A stretch of DNA of 34,551 nucleotides from Candidatus Krumholzibacteriota bacterium (GCA_030613345.1 JAUWMD010000001.1:1-34551), one strand, 5' to 3'; counted from the stretch's first letter, positions 27,962 through 34,481 are shown. Translations and numbers: made by a program. The notes: generated from the letters alone by a model not told the origin.

Positions 27962-30043
27962 TCAGATTGTTACCCCTGTCTCTACCGCAGCCGCCGCGGA
28001 CACCATCTTCCTCGGAAGCCTGACACAGAATGTCGTACCTCTCTTCGACCTGCCCTCGTGTGATATGCTACCTCCGTGGTTCTCGATTATTTTGCGCGTT
28101 ATCGACAGGCCGAGCCCCGTGCCACCGGCCCTGGTCGTGAAGAACGGATTGTACAGCTTGTCGGCTACCTCCCTGGAGATGCCGCAGCCGTCGTCTTCGA
28201 ACATCATGACAATACCGGACGTGTCTTCGGCCACACCAAGCCGCACATTTACGCCGCCACCCTCGTTGCACGCCTCAATGGCGTTCATGACAAGGTTGAG
28301 GACGACCTGCTTTATCTGGTCTCTGTCGAGGAAACACCCGTCGTCCTCGAGGGCCGTCTCGAAGTTAATATCGACACAGGCCTCCTTCGCCTTGTCCGAC
28401 ACAAGCATCATGGCCTCGTCGATTACTCCGTTGATCGAGAGCTCGGCCGGCCTCGGCGTAAGGGGCCTGGCAAACTGAAGCAGGCTGGTGATGATCCCGT
28501 CGAGACGCCTGATCTCCTCGAGGATCACCGTGATGTACTTGATCTTGTCAGGGTCGTCTCCGAGTTTCTCTCGCAGGACCTGGGCCGTCGTTGCTATCCC
28601 TGTCAGCGGATTGCGTATCTCGTGCGCAATCCCTGCGGAGAGTTCGCCGAGGGACCGCAGCCTGTCGGCCCTCCGGAGTTCCTCTTCCATCGCCTTCTGG
28701 ACCCTGAGGTCCTCGAAAACGACAACGAGCGATTTTCCGCTGTACTCGTCGCTCTCGACCAGTGTGGAGTTGACCCTTACCGGGATTGTTCCCCCGTAAG
28801 GAATCGACAGGATGCTCTCTATCGAATGGTTCCTGTCTGTATCAGACATCAGATGATCGAAGAGGCCTCCGCTGCCGTACGGGTTCCGGAACAGGTCATC
28901 GAACTGCAGCTTTCCATCTGCCGCATCGCCCAGGATCTCCCTGGCCCGGCTGTTGACGAAGACAATCTCGCCCGACCTGTCCGTCTTGAGGACCCCGTTG
29001 TTGATATTTTCGAGAATCGTCTCATTGAAGTCGTTGAGGTTCCTCAGCCTGCTGATATTGACAGCGTTGGCTACTTCCTCGGTAAGTATCGTCTGGATCG
29101 TTGTCAGGAAGTGATAGTCATCGAGATACTCACGCTTCGATTCGTACCTCTTTCTCAGGAGAAGAAAGCCAAGCCACATCCCCTTGTACAGGAGCGGTAT
29201 GGCGGAGTTGCTCCAGGCGCCCCTGGCGGAGAGGCAGTTCAGCGGCGCTCCTTCGGTGAGGCTGTCGAGGCTGAATATCTCCGGTTGTAAACTGTCGTTC
29301 TTCTGCGCCTCTATGAGGAGGTTGACGGCTGTCTGGAGATAATTCATCTCCATGTTGTACAACGTCCTGACCTGCAGTACTTTCCCGCCGAAGCTGAACA
29401 TGAGAAGTGCCGATCCATCGGCCTCCATGTACTTGCACAGCGCCATCAGGAAACGGTCGAGGGCATCGCTCCAGTTCTCGTTGGAACTGATGTCCCTTCC
29501 CATCTGGAAGAGCATCTTAAGGCGGGTCACATGCCTGTTCAGGGAATCCTTCGCATGGCCGAGATCCTCGTTCGCTTTGACGACACACTTCTTCAGGTCG
29601 TCCCTGCTCTCTTTGAGCTCTCTTCGGTCCTGCTCCAACTCCCCTATGATGTCCCCGTCCGGGCTTGCGATCGAGACGCTCGCGTGCGCGGCGTCCACGA
29701 CCTCTCCGATCTTGACGAGGTCGAAGGGCTTCTGGATGTAATCGAACACGTTGAGTCTGATGGCGTCTATGGTGGAATCGAGCGATGCGTAAGCGGTCAT
29801 GATCACGCACCTCATCGATGGATGCTCGTTCTGGTAGCGCGAGATCAGGTCGATACCGCTGCAGTCGGGAAGCTTGAGATCGATGAGGGCGACATCGAAC
29901 GATTTTTCCCTGAGCAGGGCTTCGGCTCCGGCTCCGTCGCCCGCGGCGCCGACCTCGTATCCCCTGTCGACAAGATACTGCTCGAGGATCTCGAGAACGG
30001 ACTGTTCGTCATCGATAATGATGACAGAGCCTTTTCCAGCCAA
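27962..30043 (-). CDS. Hybrid sensor histidine kinase (N-terminal REC, coiled coil, GAF-like, PAS, HisKA, HATPase_c)
   Basis: Track ORF 27962..30127. I prefer TTG 30043 (MAGKGSVIIIDDEQ...) because GGAGGTG lies 5 nt upstream. REC: FDVALIDLKLPDCSGIDL, VIMTAYAS. H-box: ELSAGIAHEIRNPLTGI. N/G boxes: LVMNAIEA, FEDDGCGI, GGTGLGLSI. Confidence 0.9.
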   Translation of the reverse strand: MAGKGSVIIIDDEQSVLEILEQYLVDRGYEVGAAGDGAGAEALLREKSFDVALIDLKLPDCSGIDLISRYQNEHPSMRCVIMTAYASLDSTIDAIRLNVFDYIQKPFDLVKIGEVVDAAHASVSIASPDGDIIGELEQDRRELKESRDDLKKCVVKANEDLGHAKDSLNRHVTRLKMLFQMGRDISSNENWSDALDRFLMALCKYMEADGSALLMFSFGGKVLQVRTLYNMEMNYLQTAVNLLIEAQKNDSLQPEIFSLDSLTEGAPLNCLSARGAWSNSAIPLLYKGMWLGFLLLRKRYESKREYLDDYHFLTTIQTILTEEVANAVNISRLRNLNDFNETILENINNGVLKTDRSGEIVFVNSRAREILGDAADGKLQFDDLFRNPYGSGGLFDHLMSDTDRNHSIESILSIPYGGTIPVRVNSTLVESDEYSGKSLVVVFEDLRVQKAMEEELRRADRLRSLGELSAGIAHEIRNPLTGIATTAQVLREKLGDDPDKIKYITVILEEIRRLDGIITSLLQFARPLTPRPAELSINGVIDEAMMLVSDKAKEACVDINFETALEDDGCFLDRDQIKQVVLNLVMNAIEACNEGGGVNVRLGVAEDTSGIVMMFEDDGCGISREVADKLYNPFFTTRAGGTGLGLSITRKIIENHGGSISHEGRSKRGTTFCVRLPRKMVSAAAAVETGVTI

Positions 30044-30098
30044 AGGGACACCTCCTGCTCTACGGACCGGAAGGGCATCACCAGTTTCCCCGCCGGTA

Positions 30099-30127
30099 TT
30101 ATTAACATATGCCCGGACGAAGCGCAA
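30099..30127 (-). promoter_or_regulatory. Possible sigma70-like promoter for the kinase operon (TTGCGC-N17-TGtTAATAA)
   Basis: The minus strand reads TTGCGC (30127-30122), a 17-nt spacer ending in TGT, then TAATAA (30104-30099). It lies ~55 nt upstream of TTG 30043. Confidence 0.35.
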
Positions 30128-30212
30128 GTATTACCGGCACGCTGTCAGAACGCATACACGCCGAATATGATGATATTGTGAAGGATACCTGAGACCGGAG
30201 ACTATCAGGCTG

Positions 30213-30578
30213 TCAGTCTGACAGACTTTGCTCGATGAAGGCCTGGAGCGCTGTTAAAGAGTACTCCGGTATATGTGTAAAGAACACGGCAACCCTGAAA
30301 GGCCCAGGATGGTCGGTCGGCTCTTCGGGTTCCACCCTGACCACGACACCGTCGAATCCGAGCCGGTTTGCCTCTTCCTTCGAGCCGGTAGCGGCGGGGA
30401 TGAAGAGCTCCATTCGAACCTTGGTAAGCGGCTCGATGAAGTGGGGGACCTCGAAGTAGACGCCGTTCTCGCTGATGTTGAGAGTCTTGCCGCTAGCCTC
30501 TGCCGGACCGCCCTCGACAGCAATAGGTATCTCTACCGCTACTCTTGGCGTTTTGCGTCTGTCGGAGAGAGAAGTCAT
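30213..30578 (-). CDS. Single-domain PilZ (c-di-GMP-binding) protein
   Basis: Track ORF 30213..30611. ATG 30578 is preferred (AGGAG 5 nt upstream). Both PilZ signatures are present: RRKTPR (RxxxR) and NISENG (D/NxSxxG). Confidence 0.8.
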   Translation of the reverse strand: MTSLSDRRKTPRVAVEIPIAVEGGPAEASGKTLNISENGVYFEVPHFIEPLTKVRMELFIPAATGSKEEANRLGFDGVVVRVEPEEPTDHPGPFRVAVFFTHIPEYSLTALQAFIEQSLSD

Positions 30579-30656
30579 TGCAGCTCCTGTTCTTTCCCGG
30601 CGCCTCCGCACTCGGCAGCGCTGGCAAGGTCGACATGAGTGCGATGCATTTCCGAT

Positions 30657-30682
30657 GGCCGGTATCCAGACGGATTCCGGCC
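30657..30682 (-). other. Stable GC-rich hairpin between the bS22-like ORF and pilZ (no U-tract)
   Basis: Minus-strand RNA GGCCGG-A-AUCC GUCU GGAU-A-CCGGCC gives 10 bp with one A.A mismatch and a tetraloop. It starts 13 nt after the bS22-like stop codon. It could be a partial terminator or a processing or stability element. Confidence 0.4.
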
Positions 30683-30695
30683 GGTGCGGGGACTA

Positions 30696-30791
30696 TCAGC
30701 GTTTCTTTTTCTTGTGACGGTCCTTGCGCAACCGCTTTTTTCTCTTGTGGGTCGCGATTTTTTTTCTTTTCCGCTTCTTTCCACTCGGCAT
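30696..30791 (-). CDS. 31-aa highly basic micro-protein, bS22-like (AURKAIP1/COX24-type small ribosomal protein)
   Basis: Too short for the ORF track; read by hand. ATG 30791, TGA 30696-30698, AGGA 6 nt upstream. Product: MPSGKKRKRKKIATHKRKKRLRKDRHKKKKR. From memory this matches the pattern of bS22 proteins of Bacteroidota and Actinobacteria (MPSGKKRKR.K.ATHKRKKR...). Confidence 0.65.
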   Translation of the reverse strand: MPSGKKRKRKKIATHKRKKRLRKDRHKKKKR

Positions 30792-30844
30792 ATTAATTCC
30801 TGTTCTTCAACGCCGCAAACGGTGTCTCTCGATATCGAGTGTGC

Positions 30845-30881
30845 AATATATAAAAATCCGCCCGCTGTTTGCAAACGGATT
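30845..30881 (-). terminator. Intrinsic terminator of the IHF/HU gene, overlapping a TTGCAA-N18-TATATT promoter for the bS22-like ORF
   Basis: Minus-strand RNA AAUCCG-(15-nt loop)-CGGAUU is followed by UUUAUAUAUU, ~30 nt after stop 30912. TTGCAA (30874-30869) and TATATT (30850-30845) are 18 nt apart. Confidence 0.45.
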
Positions 30882-30911
30882 CTGGCAAAGTTTCCTGACG
30901 GCAGGGCCCGA

Positions 30912-31187
30912 TCAGACGTTTACCTTTGTCTTAAGCTCGTTGGACGCCTTGAAATAGGGTACGAGCTTGGCGGGTACGTCTACCGAATCGCCAGTTCTGG
31001 GATTCCTCGCCTTCCTGGGATTGCGGCTCTTCACCTTGAAGCTGCCGAATCCGCGCAATTCCACCTTGTCACCTTCGGCCAGAGCCTTACAGATGTTGTC
31101 GATGATCAGGTTGACGATAACGCTAGTATCCTTCTTGCTCAGGCCCGTTTCCCTGGCGATTTCCTCGACGAGATCTGCCTTCGTCAT
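30912..31187 (-). CDS. HU/IHF-family DNA-binding protein (IHF-beta-like)
   Basis: Track ORF. MTKADLVEEIARETGLSKKDTSVIVNLIIDNICKALAEGDKVELRGFGSFKVKSRNPRKARNPRTGDSVDVPAKLVPYFKAS is a typical HU/IHF fold sequence with the RNPRTG arm. Confidence 0.9.
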   Translation of the reverse strand: MTKADLVEEIARETGLSKKDTSVIVNLIIDNICKALAEGDKVELRGFGSFKVKSRNPRKARNPRTGDSVDVPAKLVPYFKASNELKTKVNV

Positions 31188-31193
31188 AGCCTT

Positions 31194-31220
31194 TCACCCC
31201 GTTAGCTTGAAATGAACCAT
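31194..31220 (-). CDS. Candidate 8-codon leader micro-ORF (MVHFKLTG) upstream of and in frame with the IHF/HU gene
   Basis: Read by hand. GGAGGGAGG (31236-31228) is followed by 7 nt, ATG 31220 and TGA 31194-31196. The ihf ATG (31187) follows 6 nt later. No homology evidence is possible for 8 aa. Confidence 0.25.
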   Translation of the reverse strand: MVHFKLTG

Positions 31221-31279
31221 AAAAAAGCCTCCCTCCGGCTTTTTTATCTCTTCAGTCTTGAAAACCATGTATTGCATGA

Positions 31280-31308
31280 TTGATATCACACGGGCAAATC
31301 GTTGTCAA
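31280..31308 (-). promoter_or_regulatory. Sigma70-like promoter of the IHF/HU gene (TTGACA-N17-TGaTATCAA)
   Basis: The minus strand reads TTGACA (31308-31303, perfect), a 17-nt spacer ending in TGA, then TATCAA (31285-31280). The predicted 5'UTR is ~85 nt. Confidence 0.55.
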
Positions 31309-31382
31309 AAAGAAAATTCCCAGAACACAACATTTTTTTCGAGGACATTTGACCTGATTTTAACGAGAATCGGGCCTGGAGC

Positions 31383-31412
31383 TTGAAACTGGTGAGGGGT
31401 CTGTGTTACAAT
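31383..31412 (+). promoter_or_regulatory. Plus-strand sigma70-like promoter with no downstream CDS (TTGAAA-N18-TGtTACAAT)
   Basis: TTGAAA at 31383-31388, an 18-nt spacer ending in TGT, TACAAT at 31407-31412. It sits back-to-back (~75 bp) with the ihf promoter and points into the structured non-coding region. Confidence 0.45.
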
Positions 31413-31418
31413 AAAATA

Positions 31419-31690
31419 AAGTTCCCCGCATGGAACGTGTACCCCTGTCCGATGCTTTCTTCAACACGTGAGGATGAGAAACACGTCAGGGACAAACCAC
31501 GATCCCGCAGGGAACTTTCCGCGTGCAGTTCCCTGCAGGTTCAAGAGTCATGCCACGCAGCGATATGCCGTTTGGCACGGCATATCTGACGTGATTCCAA
31601 TTAGATAAGAAAACAACTCATCGTAAGCGCAGCAGGCCGCAGTCTCCTGAAATGCGGGCTGACAGAGCAAAATGAGGTAATTGCGAGGGA
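31419..31690 (+). ncRNA. Candidate structured non-coding RNA (family unknown; orientation uncertain)
   Basis: There is no credible ORF here. Perfect hairpins are at 31507-31515/31528-31536 (9 bp), 31562-31571/31577-31586 (10 bp) and 31421-31425/31432-31436 (5 bp). A 7-nt complementarity links 31425-31431 with 31652-31658. A promoter lies immediately upstream on the plus strand. On the minus strand, the 31421-31436 hairpin is followed by UUUAUUUUAUU. Confidence 0.3.
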
Positions 31691-32500
31691 TCAGCCTTTT
31701 CTTGAATCCCTGTAGTGTTTGATGAACCTCAGGCAGCCCGGATCGACTCCGGTAAGCGCCTCAGCCGCCTTTAAGGTATCGACGAGACTCGAGTCCGTCG
31801 GATCGCAGATGACCGCCGTCAGCCCGTGAGATACCGCCATCGCCAGAAAGGCCCTGTTGACCACTTTCCTCTTGGGCATGCCGTAGGAGACGTTGGACAG
31901 CCCGCCCACCCTGTGGAAATCGGACATATCATCCGAGAGCGCGTGAAGGGTGCCCAGTGCTGTCTCGAGCCCCTCGCTTCCAGTCGCTACGGGCTGGAAG
32001 ACGGGGTCGAAGAAGATCTTTCCGTGAGGCATCCCGCAGCCGGCCGCGATCTCCGCTGCCTCCCTCGCCAGTCCGAGCCGCTCCTCAGGCCTGGGTGGTA
32101 TCCCCTCGGCTGTCTTGAGCATGATGATGACTCCGGCGCCCGCCTGGGACAGGACCGGCATCATCTTCCCGAGGATCTCTCCGTCTGCTGTAAGGGAATT
32201 GACGATACATCTTTCACCGAACTCTGCGGCGCATTTCTCGAGAACGGCTGTATCGGGGCTGTCCGCCGAGATGCCTTTGTCGAACCTGTCGAGGATCGCC
32301 CTTCCAGCCCAGAGAATGGCATCGAGTTCCTTATCCATCAGCATCGCGGCGTTTATATCGATCCACGATGCCCCGCCATCGATCTGGGCCCCGGCGATCG
32401 AGAGAAGAGAGTCGATATCGCGGTTTTCGAGGACCTTGCGGACCTTCGCGTTGGTGCTGTTGAGCTTCTCTCCTATTATAACTGTCTCTTTGAATCTCAT
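31691..32500 (-). CDS. Pterin-binding-domain protein, methyltetrahydrofolate:corrinoid methyltransferase (MeTr/AcsE/MetH-module)-like
   Basis: Track ORF. IIGEKLNSTNAKVRKVLENRD, GASWIDINA, CIVNSLT, FFDPVFQPVATG, GGLSNVSYGMPKRKVVNRAFLAMAVSHGLTAVICDP. This is the pattern of pterin-binding TIM barrels of the MeTr type rather than FolP. Confidence 0.75.
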   Translation of the reverse strand: MRFKETVIIGEKLNSTNAKVRKVLENRDIDSLLSIAGAQIDGGASWIDINAAMLMDKELDAILWAGRAILDRFDKGISADSPDTAVLEKCAAEFGERCIVNSLTADGEILGKMMPVLSQAGAGVIIMLKTAEGIPPRPEERLGLAREAAEIAAGCGMPHGKIFFDPVFQPVATGSEGLETALGTLHALSDDMSDFHRVGGLSNVSYGMPKRKVVNRAFLAMAVSHGLTAVICDPTDSSLVDTLKAAEALTGVDPGCLRFIKHYRDSRKG

Positions 32501-32531
32501 TTCGCATGCCGTTCTGCCGCGAGCACGGCGT

Positions 32532-33941
32532 CTAGAGGTTGTATCCGGCGAGCCGGCTGAACCTGAACAGGACCCGGAAGAGCTCCGAGCCTGCCTCTGT
32601 CAGCTCGATGTCCCTCCTGTCCATCATGATGCCCGCGGTCTCGAGCGCCTTGTCGAGGCCGTGCAACACGAATTCCGGCTCCATCGTCCAGGTGAAGCTG
32701 GGAACGAATTTCGGGGGGAAGCCCGCAATGAACACATTCGCGTTGAATCCTATGACCGAGCCGGTGTTGATCCTCGTGTTTATCGCGATCTTGGAGTGGT
32801 CGCCGCATACGAGTCCGAGGAACCTCCTGCCGGTATTCCTTATCGAGCCTGCGCACCACGCCTTTATCTTGCCGTAGTTGTTCTTCAGGTCGCTGTTCGC
32901 CGTACCGGCTCCGATGTTGACCCATGACCCTATATAGGAGTGACCGAGGAATCCCTCGTGCTGCTTGTTCGTGTAGCCGGCGATCACGCACTCTCCGACC
33001 TCGCCGCCGATCCTGCACTGCTCGCCGATCGAGGTGCCCTTGCCTATCTTTGCCCCTCCCCTGATTATCGAGAGCCGGCCGATGTAGCACGGTCCGTATA
33101 TGATCGCGTTTGGCTCGATGACTGCGCCGTCGGCGATGATGATGGGGCCCGAAGAGGCGTCGAGTACGGTTCCCGACCTGACCTCGACGCTCTCACCGAT
33201 CAGTATGTCTTCCTCGTTGATCAGGTCTACTCCCTTGAAGAGGGCCGACTCCGGCGCTGCGCCCCTCAGGGGATTCTTGGAGAAATCGTCCTCTATGCAG
33301 GAGCCGTTCTCCACTATGAGCTGCCAGTAGAAAGAGAGCAGCTTTACGTTCGTGTCCTTTACCTTGATTCCGTTTCTGTCCGCCCACACATTGAGGTCTT
33401 CGTTGTAGCCCGACCGGTCATCTTCGAGGCAGTTCTCCCTATCACCGTTCTCGCCCGATACGTTCTTCAGCTCCATTATCACCTTCTCGACCCTCTCGTC
33501 CGAAAGGGACGTGAGCAGGTAGTCGGTGAACGAAGCCGATCTCTCGGCGTCGAGCATGGCAGCCACGGGGACCCCGTTCTTTCTGAGGATCTCGTTCATT
33601 TCCACGCCGCCGCCGACCTGGGCAAGGTCGTCGCCATACGCAAGGAGTCTCCCGTTTACGAAGAAGGTCTCCTTCCCGGACGGCTCGTTAAAGACGGTCC
33701 CCACCTCACTCCCGCCCGATTTATCTTTTTCCTTCAGGGTGGCTGTCAGGTAGGGGCGGCAGAGCAAGCAGACAGATCCGTGATCTACATCGCCCATGAT
33801 ACGCTCCATAAGGGTCTGCGTACCTATCAGAAGGTCGAAAACAGGTTTATTGAGTGTCAGCGGAAAGAAGTTGGGAAATCTGCCGTCCTCGAAGATGCAC
33901 AGAGCCTTCAGGTCCTCGTTACCTTCCATGGCGTTCCGCAT
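32532..33941 (-). CDS. Putative sugar nucleotidyltransferase with C-terminal left-handed beta-helix (alt-GlmU / TIGR03991-like)
   Basis: Track ORF. N-terminus: LCIFEDGRFPNFFPLTLNKPVFDLLIGTQTLMERI. Hexapeptide-repeat region: IGESVEVRSGTVLD..IIADGAVIEPNAIIYGPCYIG..., ending GDHSKIAINTRINTGSVIGFNANVF..PKFVPSFTW. An alternative start is at ATG 33929. Confidence 0.7.
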   Translation of the reverse strand: MRNAMEGNEDLKALCIFEDGRFPNFFPLTLNKPVFDLLIGTQTLMERIMGDVDHGSVCLLCRPYLTATLKEKDKSGGSEVGTVFNEPSGKETFFVNGRLLAYGDDLAQVGGGVEMNEILRKNGVPVAAMLDAERSASFTDYLLTSLSDERVEKVIMELKNVSGENGDRENCLEDDRSGYNEDLNVWADRNGIKVKDTNVKLLSFYWQLIVENGSCIEDDFSKNPLRGAAPESALFKGVDLINEEDILIGESVEVRSGTVLDASSGPIIIADGAVIEPNAIIYGPCYIGRLSIIRGGAKIGKGTSIGEQCRIGGEVGECVIAGYTNKQHEGFLGHSYIGSWVNIGAGTANSDLKNNYGKIKAWCAGSIRNTGRRFLGLVCGDHSKIAINTRINTGSVIGFNANVFIAGFPPKFVPSFTWTMEPEFVLHGLDKALETAGIMMDRRDIELTEAGSELFRVLFRFSRLAGYNL

Positions 33942-34024
33942 CCTTTCGGATCTGTGGCCGGGCCCGGTATCGTCGGCCTTCGCTCCTCGTTTCCGTCCCC
34001 CTGGGAAGGTCCGGATATAAAAAA

Positions 34025-34098
34025 ATGGAGTTGACGGGGATCGAACCCGTGACCTCTTGTCTGCCAGACAAGTGCTCTCCCAGCTGAGCTACAACCCC
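34025..34098 (-). tRNA. tRNA-Ala (anticodon GGC)
   Basis: The reverse complement GGGGTTGTAGCTCAGCTGGGGAGAGCACTTGTCTGGCAGACAAGAGGTCACGGGTTCGATCCCCGTCAACTCCA folds as a cloverleaf. It has the G3:U70 Ala identity pair, anticodon loop CUGGCAG and T-loop GGTTCGATCC. CCA is not encoded. Confidence 0.95.
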
Positions 34099-34108
34099 AA
34101 CGAGCGAT

Positions 34109-34136
34109 ATATTATCAAAAAAGAGCGATGCGTCAA
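34109..34136 (-). promoter_or_regulatory. Sigma70-like promoter of tRNA-Ala (TTGACG-N16-TGaTAATAT)
   Basis: The minus strand reads TTGACG (34136-34131), a 16-nt spacer ending in TGA, then TAATAT (34114-34109). The tRNA 5' end lies 10 nt downstream. Confidence 0.55.
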
Positions 34137-34224
34137 GTAAAATAGACCGGATGGTGCCATCTCGGCCACAGGTATTCCCAATTGCCTTGACACTCCTGTA
34201 TAATGAAAATACCTTTCCCTCTGT

Positions 34225-34311
34225 GCCGGAGTGGTGAAACTGGTAGACGCAGGGGACTCAAAATCCCCCGGGGGCAACCTCATGCGGGTTCGATTCCCGC
34301 CTCCGGCACCA
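34225..34311 (+). tRNA. tRNA-Leu (anticodon CAA), CCA encoded
   Basis: GCCGGAGTGGTGAAACTGGTAGACGCAGGGGACTCAAAATCCCCCGGGGGCAACCTCATGCGGGTTCGATTCCCGCCTCCGGCACCA. This is a class II tRNA with a long variable arm and anticodon loop CUCAAAA. A TATAAT box sits at 34199-34204, 20 nt upstream. Confidence 0.95.
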
Positions 34312-34481
34312 TTTGCTTCCAATGAGTTAGGTGAATCAGCCTACCGCCTCCTTATATATATGCAATAGGGATTGTGCCTGGATTTGTACCTAAACTATAA
34401 ATTATTCTTTAATCGACGTTGTTGGAAATCAGATCCATCACCCAAGGCGAAGCCAGGCGAGTGCGCAAATGCCTCTGTTAT

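Noticed and set aside
30044-30127. 5' extension of the histidine kinase ORF (track start TTG 30127)
   Set aside because: The 28 extra residues precede the receiver fold and have no SD. TTG 30043 has GGAGGTG 5 nt upstream, and the extension would swallow the promoter-like element. The longer start is not fully excluded.
31221-31245. A-run / hairpin / U-run read as a bidirectional intrinsic terminator
   Set aside because: It lies downstream of the best ihf promoter and only 34 nt from the ihf start, so efficient termination here would silence ihf. The stem has only three G-C pairs. I reinterpreted it as a leader hairpin carrying the SD of a micro-ORF; weak attenuation is not excluded.
31573-31579. 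Perfect TGGCACG strings (31573-31579 on the plus strand; TGGCAC also at 25008-25013) as sigma54 -24 boxes
   Set aside because: Neither has a GC/TTGC -12 element at the required spacing. Both point away from, or antisense to, the adjacent genes. The first is simply the loop and 3' arm of a hairpin.
31383-31589. 68-aa ORF (TTG start) in the long non-coding gap
   Set aside because: It has no SD and its TTG start coincides with the -35 hexamer. The composition is odd and Cys/Arg-rich, and the frame runs straight through the perfect hairpins. It is more likely non-coding.
34089-34322. 77-aa ORF on the minus strand
   Set aside because: It is antisense to tRNA-Leu and overlaps the tRNA-Ala promoter region, so it is an artefact.
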